The position numbers were made by a program, and so were the translations under genes. From Antedon mediterranea (taxonomy: Eukaryota > Animalia > Echinodermata), in NCBI RefSeq assembly GCF_964355755.1, contig NC_092672.1:30262437-30326436 (forward strand): a DNA stretch of 64,000 nucleotides, in the 5' to 3' direction. This document shows, in pieces, positions 51,201 through 61,081 of this stretch. Every line of letters starts with the position of its first letter. The stretch's first letter is position 1. Under the pieces are notes generated by a model, which saw only the letters and a list, made by a program, of their open reading frames with translations, searched no databases and was not told the DNA's origin.

Positions 51201-51338
51201 CGCGTGAAAGATAAAAGATAAACTTACATCACTCCATTCTGTGACCGTATACGCGTATGGTGCGCCGTTTACCACTGTAGGTTGCTCTAAAACAGAGAAT
51301 ATGGCACCCGCCATTATCACTCGTAGGCAGGTATTCAT
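33227..51338 (-). CDS. Secreted protein: signal peptide + about 38 ADAMTS-type thrombospondin type-1 repeats + C-terminal CUB domain (about 2476 aa, 41 coding exons)
   Basis: Exons on the minus strand: 51338-51228 (MNTCLRVIMAGAIFSVLEQPTVVNGAP...EWSD), 50182-49988, 49744-49550, 49074-48898, 48485-48294, 47825-47634, 47310-47122, 46107-45922, 45473-45297, 45107-44928, 44792-44607, 44191-44015, 43900-43712, 43576-43388, 43259-43080, 42920-42744, 42420-42235, 42100-41915, 41711-41535, 41411-41226, 41055-40879, 40691-40506, 40383-40204, 40044-39868, 39750-39562, 39433-39257, 39055-38879, 38731-38546, 38400-38221, 38113-37928, 37780-37598, 37480-37301, 37039-36860, 36500-36306, 36192-36050, 35886-35667, 35519-35371, 35061-34839, 34443-34287, 33913-33720, 33391-33227 (TAA). 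Repeated WSxCSxTCGxGxxxRxxxC motif; CUB CGTTYTEESGIIYSPEYPLGYPNDLHC...FDLEEEVDCKFDKLE. Confidence 0.9.
42512..42690. mobile_element. MITE family C (PIF/Harbinger-like)
   Basis: TTA|AGCTTGGTTCCCACTAG...CTAGTGGGAACCACGCT|TTA; related copies near 35230-35317 and 45674-45786. Confidence 0.85.
44457..44563 (+). mobile_element. Helentron-associated (HINE/DINE-1-like) non-autonomous element
   Basis: T-run, subTIR AGTCGCGTGCT 44461-44471 with adjacent IR, (GTCG)n tract, inverted subTIR AGCACGCGACT 44529-44539, hairpin GCCAT-GTAT-ATGGC, TTT end. Confidence 0.7.
45674..45786. mobile_element. MITE family C, decayed copy
   Basis: AGCTTGGTTTACAC...GTCAACTCGCTTGCGTTGCG...TAGTGGAACCAAACT. Confidence 0.65.
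46672..46830 (-). mobile_element. L2-like LINE/SINE 3' tail
   Basis: Minus strand TGTAAAGCACCTAGAG...GGCGCTATATAAATAC(TAT)n; a similar tail lies on + near 15228-15296. Confidence 0.55.
50511..50752 (+). mobile_element. tRNA-derived SINE of about 240 bp
   Basis: A-box TAGCCGAGTGG 50523-50533, B-box GGTTCAATTCC 50567-50577, followed by a non-tRNA body (CCACTCAGCTGTAAATGAGTACCTG); no acceptor stem or Pol III T-run directly after the head. Confidence 0.8.
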
Positions 51339-52289
51339 TGTACAACCGTATCTTCGTATCTATATAAAGAGAAAAAAAAATTAAATAAAAAAATAAAATC
51401 ACCGTTGCATTTTTCCAGGAACAAAATCATAAAAAGAGGAAAACTAATTTGAAATTGAGATGTTATAACCGGTAAAAAAAAGAAGCGAACAAACATTTTT
51501 ATACAGTCGTCTTTACTGTACGGTAAAATCGCCATCCACAGATTAACTAAAGCAATGTTATAGGCTTGTTCTGTTTTATGACTGATTGAAAACACGTGAC
51601 TGTTTTAATACAAGTATAGAGAACTCAGGGCGTATCAACATTCTACATGAAAGACTATACTCATCAAACTAAATCACCATTAAAAACTTGTATGTGATAT
51701 AAAATATTGTATGTGTGATAACTGTTATTGTTTGCGGATTAATTGGCATTGTTTCGATGTCTTTATTTTGGAGAATGTTTCAATCTGGCTGAATCAAACA
51801 AAACAATCCATTATTGAAGAACAAAATCCAGAAACAATAGGATACTTAGATTACATTTGACACTGTGCTTTACACACAAAACTGTCTTTCTGGGTAATTC
51901 TAAAGTACTTTTATAGAAGTATCTGTTTTTGTTTAGGTGTGACAATAACAAGGTGTGATAACATTATTTTATTACCAGTATGGGTAAGTTATTTTTAACC
52001 ACACTAGTTTCTTTCAGCACCGGTAAAAAATATATGTACTTAAAAATAAAAAATTTACAGATTTGATACATTCAAAAACCATACTCTAAAAATTGAAATT
52101 AAACTTTCTTTTTAAGACTTCAACATTTGAAATGATAAAACTGCAAGGCTAAATATTAAACGTTGATGTAGTAATGACCGCTCAACGAATGTTATCCGAT
52201 CACAGTTATTACATTTTATTGGTATTATTAAATTGATTCATCACTTTATAATCAAATAGAAAGAAATAGTGTGTACATTGATATTTAAA

Positions 52290-52682
52290 AAAAGTTGTGA
52301 AATTGCAACATAGAGCAAATAATGACTTTTCCCCATAAATCATATATCCCACGTGTTACTAGAATTTGGAATAACTTACTCAGTGAAATCCGCAACAAAT
52401 ATTTCTGTTAGTTCTTTTAAAACCAAATTACTTAATTATCTCAATATTTATTTTTTAAATAATTTTGATATTGAAAATGTGTGTAGTTGGTCGCTTTCTT
52501 GTCGATGCTTTTATTGTAGAACGTAATTTATTTATTTTTCTCTGTTCTGGGTTGACCAACTAGGATAGGTGTTTAGCACCTGTTTGGTCTTTCCGTGCCT
52601 CCTTTTATAATTGTTTTGTCTTCTTTGTTATGTATAGGGCAGAAATTGAATAAATAAAATAAAATTAAAATAAAATAAATTA
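52290..52682 (+). mobile_element. Decayed CR1/L2 LINE 3' end
   Basis: Translates PRVTRIWNNL.SEIR...SVSSFKTKLLNYL, followed by an (AAAAT)n tail. Confidence 0.6.
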
Positions 52683-53210
52683 TTACATAATCAAATGAGA
52701 AATTTCTTAATTGAAGCCATAACTTACTATAACAATAGTTGTAATTAAATCAAATCAATGTTTGTGATTTTTCAAAAACACATAAGAATCACAATAGATC
52801 AGTACCATTCTTCTATTTGTGTACATGACGTTTTTCAGACAAAGTCATGATAACATTGCTTTCATACAAAAATCGGAAAAGGAAGTTAAATAATAAATAT
52901 TTAGTTTTTTACAAGTCACTATTTATATAATTGTTTTGCTTTAACAGGACAAACCGTATGCTGCTTGTAACTATATCTATAATTTAACATCTCTATAATC
53001 TAATTCTTTTTTTTTTACTTGATTTTTGTTACAATTTCTATTTTTATTTTTTTTTGGCGAATACCGCCGATTCAATTGTCAATATTAGGTATAATGAATA
53101 CGTTCAAAAGTCATGGAATGTTGACTAGAAAAGTCATCAAATCGTATGGAAGTGTATGGATTCTGGGCGATAGTGTATAATTGTTTCAAATACTTTTTTT
53201 TATTATCTTA

Positions 53211-53344
53211 TGTCTACACTATCAAACTTTATGTGACAAAAAAAAATGTGATGTACCCATGGACAAGATGATGTCATATTACTACCATATTTTGGCACAT
53301 CACAATTTTTTTGTGTCAAACCAGTTTGATAGTGTAGACAGAAC
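53211..53344. mobile_element. MITE family A copy
   Basis: TGTCTACACTATCAAACT...AGTTTGATAGTGTAGACAGA. Confidence 0.85.
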
Positions 53345-53508
53345 TTGATTCAACCTATGCCTATGCCTAATTCGACACTTCTAAATGTTGGTTTCTTGCA
53401 AGAATATTACAAACCCACAGAAATAATTCAAAGTATACTAATTTGCAAATAAAAGAAAAACCTATATATTATTGTAAATTTATTTGTAAAATAATATTAT
53501 AACATTAC

Positions 53509-53620
53509 CTGTGTTTTAAGATGTACCACTTGCAAATAGATCAAGTTACTTATGTGTGGAAATCAGTTCCAAGAATGAGCGATAAGTCTAAAAAAACCAA
53601 CCCATTGGTACTTTAAATAG
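53509..53620 (-). promoter_or_regulatory. Candidate TATA box and non-coding first exon of the TSP1-CUB gene
   Basis: The ATG exon is preceded by an acceptor (exon starts at 51359), so an upstream exon is needed; donor CAG|GTAATG at 53509 and TATTTAAA near 53612-53619 on the minus strand. Confidence 0.35.
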
Positions 53621-54485
53621 CCAATTAACGAGATGATGATTACGTAACTCGTGTCTTCACTGACTTACTCCAATCTGAGAGTCATTTTGAATTCTAACAA
53701 TGCCGAGATAATAAGCTTTTTGTAATTTCATTGTCTAAAAGAATGTACGCAATGTTAAAATATAAAGGCCTTTTTTGGAAAGGATTTTGACAAGACTGGA
53801 TGGGTCCTAACTTAATTAAATCCATAAGAAGATTAGACAAGTTACGTAAATCCATGGAGGAGGATGAAATGTATTTCCTTCATGGTAAATACAAAAAAAG
53901 TCTGATTTAAAATCATTAGTTTCTTTTCTTTCTCTTATGTGGGGATTTCACACACTTTTATTTGTTGGATGAAAAATGCATATTTTTTTATAAAAATGTG
54001 AATAATTAATTAATTTATTCACATTTATTTATTCATCGTTTATAATTACAATTTAATTTATATTCCTTTTTATTTTGATAATTTATGGCAATGATCCTGC
54101 ATAAAGAAGTTTACAAATCTGTTTTCGCAGGACCCTTTCAAACAAAATATATAAAATATAAATTAAATAAAAGTGAGAAAGAAACAACATTTCCTATATA
54201 CATTTTAGTGTTGTTCATCGGCATAAAGCGATAAATAGTGTTTAAACAGACATATATTTTTTCCAAAATATTCAGTATATTACCGTCAGTACATGAATTA
54301 TGAATTCTTTCCACAATTTTGGTTCATATGTGTATAAATTGTTGACTTAAAGTCAATCTCGTGAAGGAAATTTCGAATTCAGTAAAACTGGCACAGTTTA
54401 AAGAGTAGCAGAATACTGTTTATAAATAATATTTAATACGGTACATTTACATTTTGGAATCTGTAACTAAACTATAGTGTTATAT

Positions 54486-54894
54486 TGTAGCTCTTCACAA
54501 AATAATGACAATGATAACTTAAACCCAGGTTCTCAATTTCAGCTACAAAATCGATAAAACACAGAATTCCAATACAAAATGCTTTTATTAATTATAACAC
54601 AACTGCTTACTTTTAAAACTCAATACTAACTACACAGATCTGACTCATCTATCCAATTTCACAGTATTTCTAGATAACACAGGCTATAAAACTTTCTTAT
54701 TCCCCACCACAAAACCCACAAAATGGACCAGTTGTTATGGAAACCTAGATAAAGGAGGTACAGTCTTAATTAATTCAGAGATTGGAATGTGTAAAATCAA
54801 ACTAAGGCATGATCATTGAGGATATACAAGCTACTAAGTAAATATGAACTTAAATACAATAAAATAATAATACTGCTTTTAGAGTATCGCTACA
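54486..54894 (-). repeat. 3' LTR (409 bp)
   Basis: TGTAGC...GCTACA; adjacent PPT at 54895-54911 (AAGAAAGGAGGGGTGGA on minus). Confidence 0.95.
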
Positions 54895-55628
54895 TCCACC
54901 CCTCCTTTCTTGAACGTCGTCCACGACGTTCGCCTGCTTCAAAACCGAGGGAGACTTGCCGAATAATCTAGTCTTAATTAGGAATTAGACTAAAACTACA
55001 AACTCTACAAACTATTAAAAAGGCATAAAATGAGGAAACATCAAAATAAACAAAACTTATCTATGATAATACTGTATAAAACAAACTTATTAGTAGTGCG
55101 GTTCATTACCACCTTAAACAGTCACATATTACCAACCATGGCAAACTGTCTATTATTAACTGTCTATTATTAAATCATGAATACTATAAAATATAAGATA
55201 CATTCCATTCTAAAATGAAATTGTACAGCGCAGTACTTGTTGTTCAGACTCATGTTGACCTAGTAAATACTTACTCGGTATGAAACGATGAATAAATTAC
55301 TACCGGTACTACAATACCATCACTATGGGTAACCACTTCTACAGTATACGGTAATACTACCTTCATTATGCTTTGTTTATACATTTTGATAAATTAATTT
55401 AATTTAATACGTAAAGTATATCAATTAAGTTCAATAGGCGATTGGAAGGGATGACATCTCACTCACCCCTCCCATCTGAAACGTCGCCCCCGACGTTATC
55501 AAGTAGTTCATGAAAATACATAAAAATATACAATATAAGTTCAAACAATTACATGTCATCAAATAGTCATATGAAAGTGTCCAAAAAGTCAGTGAAAAAA
55601 AAATTTAAAAAGTGTTCCAATGTTCACT

Positions 55629-58600
55629 TTAATCCAAGTCATATTCAAACATAATAGTCGGTGTTTGAGAAGATTGAGGTATGAGTCTATTATCCAATGT
55701 ATCTATATTATTTACAAATCGTTTATTTGGCGGCGACAACGATACAAACGGAGATACGTATGGGTTTAGCGAAAGACACTGAGATGGTACTATGTTGCTG
55801 GTGCTGGCATCGGCATTTGGTGAGGGTGGAGCGCTTTGGTCTGGGGTCGGAGTTGATAAATCCAATGGCAAAAACATACATGGAGTCAGTAGATTTCTAT
55901 GTAATGTTCGCTGACGACCATCCGCGTTTTCAACTTTGTACACTGGAATATTTGGATGTTTCAACAACACGACATATGGGGTTTCCTCCCATCTGTCTAC
56001 GAGTTTTTGTTTCCCGATAATATGTTTCTTTTGCACCAGGACGCGGTCGCCCAATTCCAAAGGAGCTTGAGTTGTCTTTTTGTCATACTCGCGTTTCTGT
56101 TTGTCTTTGGCTTTCATGGAAGATTTGGCTGCTTGGTCATAGACCAGCTTTAATCGCTCGCGAAAGTGTAAGACCAACTCATCATAATCATCGTCATCAC
56201 TATTATGATTATTGCTATCAAGTCCAAACATTACATCAATTGGCAGATTGGCATGTCGGCCAAACATTAAGTAAAATGGTGCATAACCCGTGGAATCGTG
56301 TTTAGTACAATTATATGCATGTGCCATATCGCTAACATATTCCTTCCAGTCCTGTTTACGATCTAGTGAGAGTGTACCCAGCATGTCGATTAGTGTTCTA
56401 TTAAATCTCTCCGTAGTTCCGTTACCCATTGGGTGGTAGGGTGTAGTACGCGACTTTGCTATTCCGGCGACCTTGCACACAGATTTAATTATTGCGCTTT
56501 CAAAATTACGCCCTTGATCGGAGTGTATACGTTTTGGGAAACCATAATGTCTAAATACGTTCTGAAATAGTACCTTGGCAACAGTTTCAGCCGTCTGGTT
56601 TTTTGTTGGGTACGCTAAGGCATATCGGGTGAAATGATCGGTGATAACTAAAACATTTTCATAACCTCCTTTCGACCGTTCCAGACCAAGGAAGTCGATG
56701 CATAGTAGTTCCATTGGTTCGTAAGTGTGAATATTCACGAGGGGCGCACGTTTCACATTTGGTGAAGTTTTTCGAAGACAGCACCGTTGACATGTGTCAC
56801 ACCAGGTCTTAATGTCGGATGCCATCTTAGGCCAATAAAATCTTCGCCGAATCATATCGATGGTACGCTCATAACCCAAATGCCCAATGTTGTCATGCAG
56901 GTGTTCAAAAGCAAGTTTGTGTTTAGACGTTGGTAATACAAGCTGATCGCATGCTTCTCCAGTGTTGATATTGGTGGTCCTATATAATATGTTGTTTTTG
57001 AACTTTAGGCGATTCCATTGTCTGAGTAAACAGATGACATTCGGATGTTCAAGTCGACGCTCTGCTGCTGATGGCTTTTGATTGCGTCGGAGGAAGAATG
57101 TCACACGGTCAAGCACATCGTCCTCCTTCTGGAGACGGGATATGTCCGCTTGCGAAAGATTTGGGACAGGCGCAAAACCATGATTTGTGTTAACATCAGG
57201 GGCTTGCACTGGATCCCCAGCAGCATCAGTGTTGTCGATACGAGATTTGCTTCTGGTGTGGGCCTGACACTGTACAATTTGTGGTTGGACATACAGACAC
57301 GGATTCACAGGGGCAGATCCTGAGAGAACCGCAGTGACCAGTTCACACGGTACGTCTTTCCTGCGAGATAACGCGTCAGCTGCTGCGTTGCTTTTTCCCG
57401 GGCGGTACTTTATATCAAAATCGAACTGGCTTAGGGCAGCCACCCAGCGTTGACCAGTCGCATCTAATTTCGCTGTGGATAGAACGTACAACAACGGATT
57501 ATTATCAGTCAGTACTGTAAAGTGATTTCCAATGAGGTACTCTCGAAATTTGTTAGTGACAGCCCATTTTAGAGCCAGGAACTCCAATTTGTGCGCCGGA
57601 TAGCGAGATTCAGATGGGCGAAGGCTACGACTTGCGTAAGCAATGACTCTTGGCGTGCCATTTTGTACTTGTGAAATAACGGCTCCCAGACCGATACCAG
57701 AAGCATCCGTTTCCAAAAGAAACGGCAAATTGTAGTCAGGGTACGCTAGGATTGGAGCATTTGTCAACAGGTGTTTAAGAAGTGAAAATGCTTTGTCGCA
57801 TTCTGAAGTCCATACAAATGGTGGTGGTTTGGCATTCATTGCCTTTCTGCCATTCTTTTTCTTTCGTCGTGGGTCGCCGCACGTTAGTGCATATAACGGC
57901 GCAGCTATCTCCGAATACTGGCTGATAAATCGTCTGTAATAGCCGGTAAATCCCAAAAATTGAAGAACTTGTTTGCGGTCAACCGGCGTGGGCCAGCTGT
58001 CGACTTGCGCTGTTTTAGCAGGGTCGGCATGAATCCCCTCGGCTGATACAATGTGGCCCAAATAATTAACCTCAGATCGAAGGAGGGAGCATTTTGAAGG
58101 CTTTAACTTCAAACCATTTTCTCTTAGACGTTTGAAAACAGTTTCCAGTCTCTCTAAATGTTCTTGAAAGTTATTAGAAAAAATAATGATATCGTCCAAG
58201 TATATTAACAAAGTAGAAAAGTTTTGGTCACCAAAGCACGACATCATCAAACGTTGAAACGTCGCCGGTGCGTTTTGGAGTCCAAATGGCATTCGGTTAC
58301 ACTCAAATAAACCCATTGGTGTTGTAAATGCTGTTTTTGGTTTATCTTCTTCTGCTACCTCTACCTGCCAATAGCCGCTAGTCAAATCTAATGTAGAGAA
58401 GATTTTGGCCTTACCCAGAGCATCCATAGCTTCATCTATCCTGGGTATTGGAAACGCATCTCTTACTGTTTTAGAATTAAGTTTTCTAAAATCGATACAT
58501 ATGCGCATTGACCCATCCTTCTTGCGAACAATCACCATCGGTGAAGCATATGGGCTTCTGCTTGGTCGAATGGCGCCAGCCTCTAACATACCATTGATAT

Positions 58601-59624
58601 GCGAGCGCACTTCTTGATATTGCGACGGTGGGATGCGGCGAAAGGGTAGTCTAAATGGTTGGTTGTCAATAAGTGGTATATGGTGATATATGGCCTTAGT
58701 ATGGCCAAAATCGTTTGCGTCCTTTGAGAAAACATCCGAGTATTTGTCTAACAGTGATTTTAGTGCTTTGTGTTCAGAGTCAGTTTTAATGTCTGATTCT
58801 GAAAGATCTGGCAGAACAGTTTGTGATGTGATATTAAGTTGGCTAATACCACCTGTAACATCGTAAGTGTCCAAACTTGCAATTTGAGATAGAGTCGCTA
58901 CCGTGGTGTTGTGGTGCAAAAAGATTGGTTTGTCGGATACATTGCAGATTCGCACTGTAACTATATTGTTTCGCCGGATGTGGGATACTGAACGACCAAC
59001 GAGAAAGTTTGTAGTACTTCCAAATGGCTCAACAAGCACAGTTGATATTTTATCTTTAGACCACACTGCAGTACATTGTATATCAATTTGTTGATTTGGT
59101 TTTATGCGAGCAGGGTGTCTATTAAAGTATACAGCTCTGCCAACATTTTCTGGTTGTATACTTTTCTCCATTTGCGCAAATGCTGCTTCAAAGGCTGCAT
59201 CTTTGCATTTTATGTTGCGTTTGTCGTTTCTCTGTGCACGTAGAACATTGGTCCCAATCAGTACGGGGATAGTTTTGCGGTATTTACTGTTCGGGACTAC
59301 AAACACGGGAACAGCGGAGTATGTTTTATTGAGTATATTGATGTCGCTATAAATAATTCCATAGTACGGGACACTCTGGCCATTTGCCGCTATAACTTCT
59401 ATGGTTGAGCGTTCCATAACTTGTGATTTTAATTCCGGAATTTTGTTATATAATTCAATAGTTATAGTTGATATCTGTGAGCCTGAATCAATAAGGGCGT
59501 TACATTTTACTCCATGAATTGATATTTCTGCTTGATTGGTTGGCCCGACAAGATATGTCTGTCCTTTGGGTGTGTGCTTTTCACCACCAACCCACCCTAC
59601 TGTTGTGGTGACCTGCCGTTTCCC
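55629..59624 (-). CDS. pol: Gypsy Pol polyprotein (protease, RT, RNase H, integrase), probably expressed by -1 frameshift
   Basis: 1350-codon ORF: ALIDSGS protease, YLDD RT, TDASG RNase H, HHCC zinc finger, integrase D..D..E core (IDF / HSDQG / GTTERFN). Confidence 0.96.
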   Translation of the reverse strand, partial: GKRQVTTTVGWVGGEKHTPKGQTYLVGPTNQAEISIHGVKCNALIDSGSQISTITIELYNKIPELKSQVMERSTIEVIAANGQSVPYYGIIYSDINILNKTYSAVPVFVVPNSKYRKTIPVLIGTNVLRAQRNDKRNIKCKDAAFEAAFAQMEKSIQPENVGRAVYFNRHPARIKPNQQIDIQCTAVWSKDKISTVLVEPFGSTTNFLVGRSVSHIRRNNIVTVRICNVSDKPIFLHHNTTVATLSQIASLDTYDVTGGISQLNITSQTVLPDLSESDIKTDSEHKALKSLLDKYSDVFSKDANDFGHTKAIYHHIPLIDNQPFRLPFRRIPPSQYQEVRSHINGMLEAGAIRPSRSPYASPMVIVRKKDGSMRICIDFRKLNSKTVRDAFPIPRIDEAMDALGKAKIFSTLDLTSGYWQVEVAEEDKPKTAFTTPMGLFECNRMPFGLQNAPATFQRLMMSCFGDQNFSTLLIYLDDIIIFSNNFQEHLERLETVFKRLRENGLKLKPSKCSLLRSEVNYLGHIVSAEGIHADPAKTAQVDSWPTPVDRKQVLQFLGFTGYYRRFISQYSEIAAPLYALTCGDPRRKKKNGRKAMNAKPPPFVWTSECDKAFSLLKHLLTNAPILAYPDYNLPFLLETDASGIGLGAVISQVQNGTPRVIAYASRSLRPSESRYPAHKLEFLALKWAVTNKFREYLIGNHFTVLTDNNPLLYVLSTAKLDATGQRWVAALSQFDFDIKYRPGKSNAAADALSRRKDVPCELVTAVLSGSAPVNPCLYVQPQIVQCQAHTRSKSRIDNTDAAGDPVQAPDVNTNHGFAPVPNLSQADISRLQKEDDVLDRVTFFLRRNQKPSAAERRLEHPNVICLLRQWNRLKFKNNILYRTTNINTGEACDQLVLPTSKHKLAFEHLHDNIGHLGYERTIDMIRRRFYWPKMASDIKTWCDTCQRCCLRKTSPNVKRAPLVNIHTYEPMELLCIDFLGLERSKGGYENVLVITDHFTRYALAYPTKNQTAETVAKVLFQNVFRHYGFPKRIHSDQGRNFESAIIKSVCKVAGIAKSRTTPYHPMGNGTTERFNRTLIDMLGTLSLDRKQDWKEYVSDMAHAYNCTKHDSTGYAPFYLMFGRHANLPIDVMFGLDSNNHNSDDDDYDELVLHFRERLKLVYDQAAKSSMKAKDKQKREYDKKTTQAPLELGDRVLVQKKHIIGKQKLVDRWEETPYVVLLKHPNIPVYKVENADGRQRTLHRNLLTPCMFLPLDLSTPTPDQSAPPSPNADASTSNIVPSQCLSLNPYVSPFVSLSPPNKRFVNNIDTLDNRLIPQSSQTPTIMFEYDLD

Positions 59625-60625
59625 GTCGGCGCATTTGGGCAAAATCGTCGAATGTGTCCAATTTGGCCGCAGCCGTAGCATTCTAGTGCCCTAGGTTGTG
59701 TCGTGTTGGGCCGTTGCTGCGCCGCTTCCTTTGCCTCAAGTTTAGCGGTAAGAAAGCTTATTTTCCTCTCCATCTCCGTAACTAATCTGTGCATGGACGC
59801 GTCCTCACCGGAACCTTTAACATTTGTCGGCGTTATGGGAGGGGCTACTAGGTGTGGTGCGCACGGTTGCTGCTTTCGTTCTCGTTCTAGTAGTCTTATC
59901 TCTGATAGAACAGAATGAAATGTCATAGACCTTGGTCTCATGGGCGCTATTCGTCCAACTACTTCTTGGTCGTACATTCCCCGCATTAATTGTTGTGTCA
60001 ACATTCGATCCCTTTCATGCATGGGACCTCGCCCAAGTTTCTCCTCCACATCTCGTAATACTGCTTCTAGTTCAATGGCATAAAAACTAGCAGACTCACC
60101 CTGTCTTTGTGTTCTCTGGTAGAAATCAGATAAGGGGTCACCAGAGGACACATTTCCGAATTGTTCTTTTAGTTCTTTGAATGCTCTTTCTGGTGTCTGG
60201 CATTCTCTCGGTAAGTTCAACACCAGCTTCCGTGCAGTTCCTCCCAGATTTCTAACTATTGTTGAAAACTGTAGGTGACTAGGCATGTTGCTACAGCTTA
60301 AGATATGTTGAACATCTCTGGTCCAATCCTCAATCAGTAGGTTGGGTGATTGTCCCGTAAATATTGGTACTCCTTTTAGTTGGTGTGCCGGGGTGTAAAT
60401 TTGTACTGATTTTGGCACTGGTAATAATGGTTTTACCGCTGTATTATACCCCTGAACTGGTCTTGGTAATCGAGGTTGGCCTGGAGTTTCTAGGCTTTGA
60501 GACACATCCGCTCTCATCGGGGTAGTATAGTAACTATTTCTCTCCCATAATGGCGAGTTTTCTGGTTGAACAGTTTCACATCGGGTATCTTCATATCCTG
60601 TCATATCCAATACAGTATATTCCAT
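59597..60625 (-). CDS. gag: Gypsy Gag (PNMA-like capsid + CCHC zinc knuckle)
   Basis: 342 aa; FTG...IEDW...LGGTAR capsid pattern; CYGCGQIGHIRRFC. Confidence 0.93.
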   Translation of the reverse strand: MEYTVLDMTGYEDTRCETVQPENSPLWERNSYYTTPMRADVSQSLETPGQPRLPRPVQGYNTAVKPLLPVPKSVQIYTPAHQLKGVPIFTGQSPNLLIEDWTRDVQHILSCSNMPSHLQFSTIVRNLGGTARKLVLNLPRECQTPERAFKELKEQFGNVSSGDPLSDFYQRTQRQGESASFYAIELEAVLRDVEEKLGRGPMHERDRMLTQQLMRGMYDQEVVGRIAPMRPRSMTFHSVLSEIRLLERERKQQPCAPHLVAPPITPTNVKGSGEDASMHRLVTEMERKISFLTAKLEAKEAAQQRPNTTQPRALECYGCGQIGHIRRFCPNAPTGNGRSPQQ

Positions 60626-60654
60626 TGTAGATTAAAATTTGTTTAACAAAACAA

Positions 60655-60672
60655 ATCCTGGTCACGGCACCA
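60655..60672 (-). other. Primer-binding site complementary to the tRNA-His 3' end
   Basis: TGGTGCCGTGACCAGGAT two nt after the 5' LTR; eukaryotic tRNA-His ends ...GUCACGGCACCA. Confidence 0.85.
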
Positions 60673-60674
60673 AT

Positions 60675-61081
60675 TGTAGCTCTTCACAAAATAATGACAA
60701 TGATAACTTAAACCCAGGTTCTCAATTTCAGCTACAAAATCGATAAAACACAGAATTCCAATACAAAATGCTTTTATTAATTATAACACAACTGCTTACT
60801 TTTAAAACTCAATACTAACTACACAGATCTGACTCATCTATCCAATTTCACAGTATTTCTAGATAACAGGCTATAAAACTTTCTTATTCCCCACCACAAA
60901 ACCCACAAAATGGACCAGTTGTTATGGAAACCTAGATAAAGGAGGTACAGTCTTAATTAATTCAGAGATTGGAATGTGTAAAATCAAACTAAGGCATGAT
61001 CATTGAGGATATACAAGCTACTAAGTAAATATGAACTTAAATACAATAAAATAATAATACTGCTTTTAGAGTATCGCTACA
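60675..61081 (-). repeat. 5' LTR (407 bp)
   Basis: Identical by eye to the 3' LTR except for a 2-bp AC indel. Confidence 0.95.

Larger units (their letters stand above)
54486..61081 (-). mobile_element. Full-length Ty3/Gypsy LTR retrotransposon
   Basis: TG...CA LTRs at 54486-54894 and 60675-61081, 5-bp TSD TATAT, PBS, PPT, intact gag and pol in PR-RT-RH-IN order. Confidence 0.97.

Noticed and set aside
54935-55628. Possible env or extra ORF between pol and the 3' LTR
   Set aside because: AT-rich, with no ORF of 60 aa or more in the track.
55697-59918. Several + strand ORFs of 63-107 aa within the Gypsy element
   Set aside because: Antisense shadows of gag/pol with no independent coding signal.
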